A stretch of 51,107 bases of DNA. Source: Octopus bimaculoides (Eukaryota). The position numbers and the translations under genes are program-made. Positions 49,795-51,107 of this stretch are shown piece after piece. Numbering within the stretch: the stretch's first letter is position 1; each line of letters opens with the position of its first letter. The notes under the pieces are model-generated. The model worked only from the letters and a program-made list of their open reading frames with translations, ran no database searches and was not told where the DNA came from. The stretch covers positions 12,471,069 to 12,522,175 of the forward strand of contig NC_068990.1 of the NCBI RefSeq assembly GCF_001194135.2. Direction: 5' to 3'.

Positions 49795-51107
49795 TTCTCT
49801 TTCTCTTGCTCTCTCTCATTGATTGTGCATGTGGATGTGTACACATATATAAAGCTGTCAAATTTGCATCAAAAGTTACTGGTCAACTCAGGCCTATAAC
49901 AGAAGAAACTTTCTCTTGATAAATGTGGTTGGTCATAAAACAGGATCTTAATCTTACAAATGAGACATAGCTATAGATTACAGCTTCTAATGCTGTTATC
50001 AGTTGTCATTCTGTAAAGTGGTTGGTGAATGAATAGTGACAATGTAGAGTAAAGCAGTTACTATAATTTTACTGAAAGACTGACAACATTTCGAATGCTG
50101 ATGCTAGATAAGTGCATACACTCTGATAAATGCGTGGTATTAAGGACCTTCTGTTGTAGAATCCATGCTAAAAAAGTGGAATGTACAAGTGAGACTGTGA
50201 CATGGTCTACATCCATTCTTGGAGGGCAGTTACTCTAAAGTATACAGGAGCTATGACAGTCTACCAAGCAATAATCATAGTGTTGACTAGAGCCAATGAA
50301 AGTAGAAGCTCCAGGTAGGTGCTTAATTGCAGATAAATCTTGTCCTGCTGTTTTAAATAGCTAACAGACACATTAGATTATTCAATTTTGAGTTCTACTA
50401 ACATGAAGGGATGGTCACTTCTAAATGCTTTTACAATGCCAACATGAAAATCTGGGAAGTGGACATAAAATGATGAGGAAGAATAATTTCTCTTGGTTAC
50501 CTTAATTATAACTTCTCTGATAATTATAATAGTACAGTTAACTATTTGTACTAGATTTGTTACCTGCCCTGAAAAAGTTATGCCTGTGTTTGAAGAGGTT
50601 GGCTGAAGCATTCATTCCATCTCGCTTTTTGCACTTGACACACATTCACTCACAATTCAATTATTTTTCCAGACTTACTCTCCATTGTTAGTACAATGGA
50701 ATATAATAATATAAGCAGTAACATAAACAGAAAAAGTCATAGCTGATGGTTATTTCTAGTTTCAGTAAAGCTCTCTAAATCTATATATAAACCAACAACT
50801 AAACCTGAGAGATTCTGAACACTGATATAAGCATTTTCAAAGTTATTCCAAAAATTTTGGAATTGTTTTAACCTTTAACACGCTTCTTACCATGGGACTA
50901 CTCAAATAGTAGACTTTTGCCACAAAGGATGTTTGGAATATAATATTTAAATACCTATGAACTTTTACTGGAGCTAAACTTGTAAAGTTTAACTTATATA
51001 TATAAATTGAATTTGTCACCAAAACACGGTATATGTATTGTGCAAATCTTCTATTCATATAAATTCTCTAAATATGCTTAGCTCTCTCTCTCTCTCTCTC
51101 CATATAT

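Noticed and set aside
50378-50611. ORF starting MLQPTSSNTGITFSGQ with a CAG|GTAAC donor
   Set aside because: There is no acceptor, downstream exon or recognisable domain.

Overview
AT-rich, microsatellite-dense eukaryotic genomic DNA with five N gaps. The repeat families look like those I recall from octopus genomes; this is an inference with no database search. I found no host protein-coding exon, and most ORF-track entries are microsatellite, gap or repeat artefacts, so the window is probably intergenic or part of a very large intron. It holds RTE-clade LINE fragments, several tRNA-headed SINE families, mariner-, piggyBac- and foldback-type MITEs, and Penelope-like element (PLE) remnants. 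Two features stand out. First, a short element joins a tRNA-like Pol III head to a PLE-type hammerhead ribozyme and carries an inverted-tail structure and target-site duplications (6374-6664 and 24980-25220); further hammerhead motifs from other PLE-like families lie at about 33903 and 39376. Second, a dispersed GC-rich 18S rRNA 3' end plus ITS1 fragment sits at about 22709-23173.
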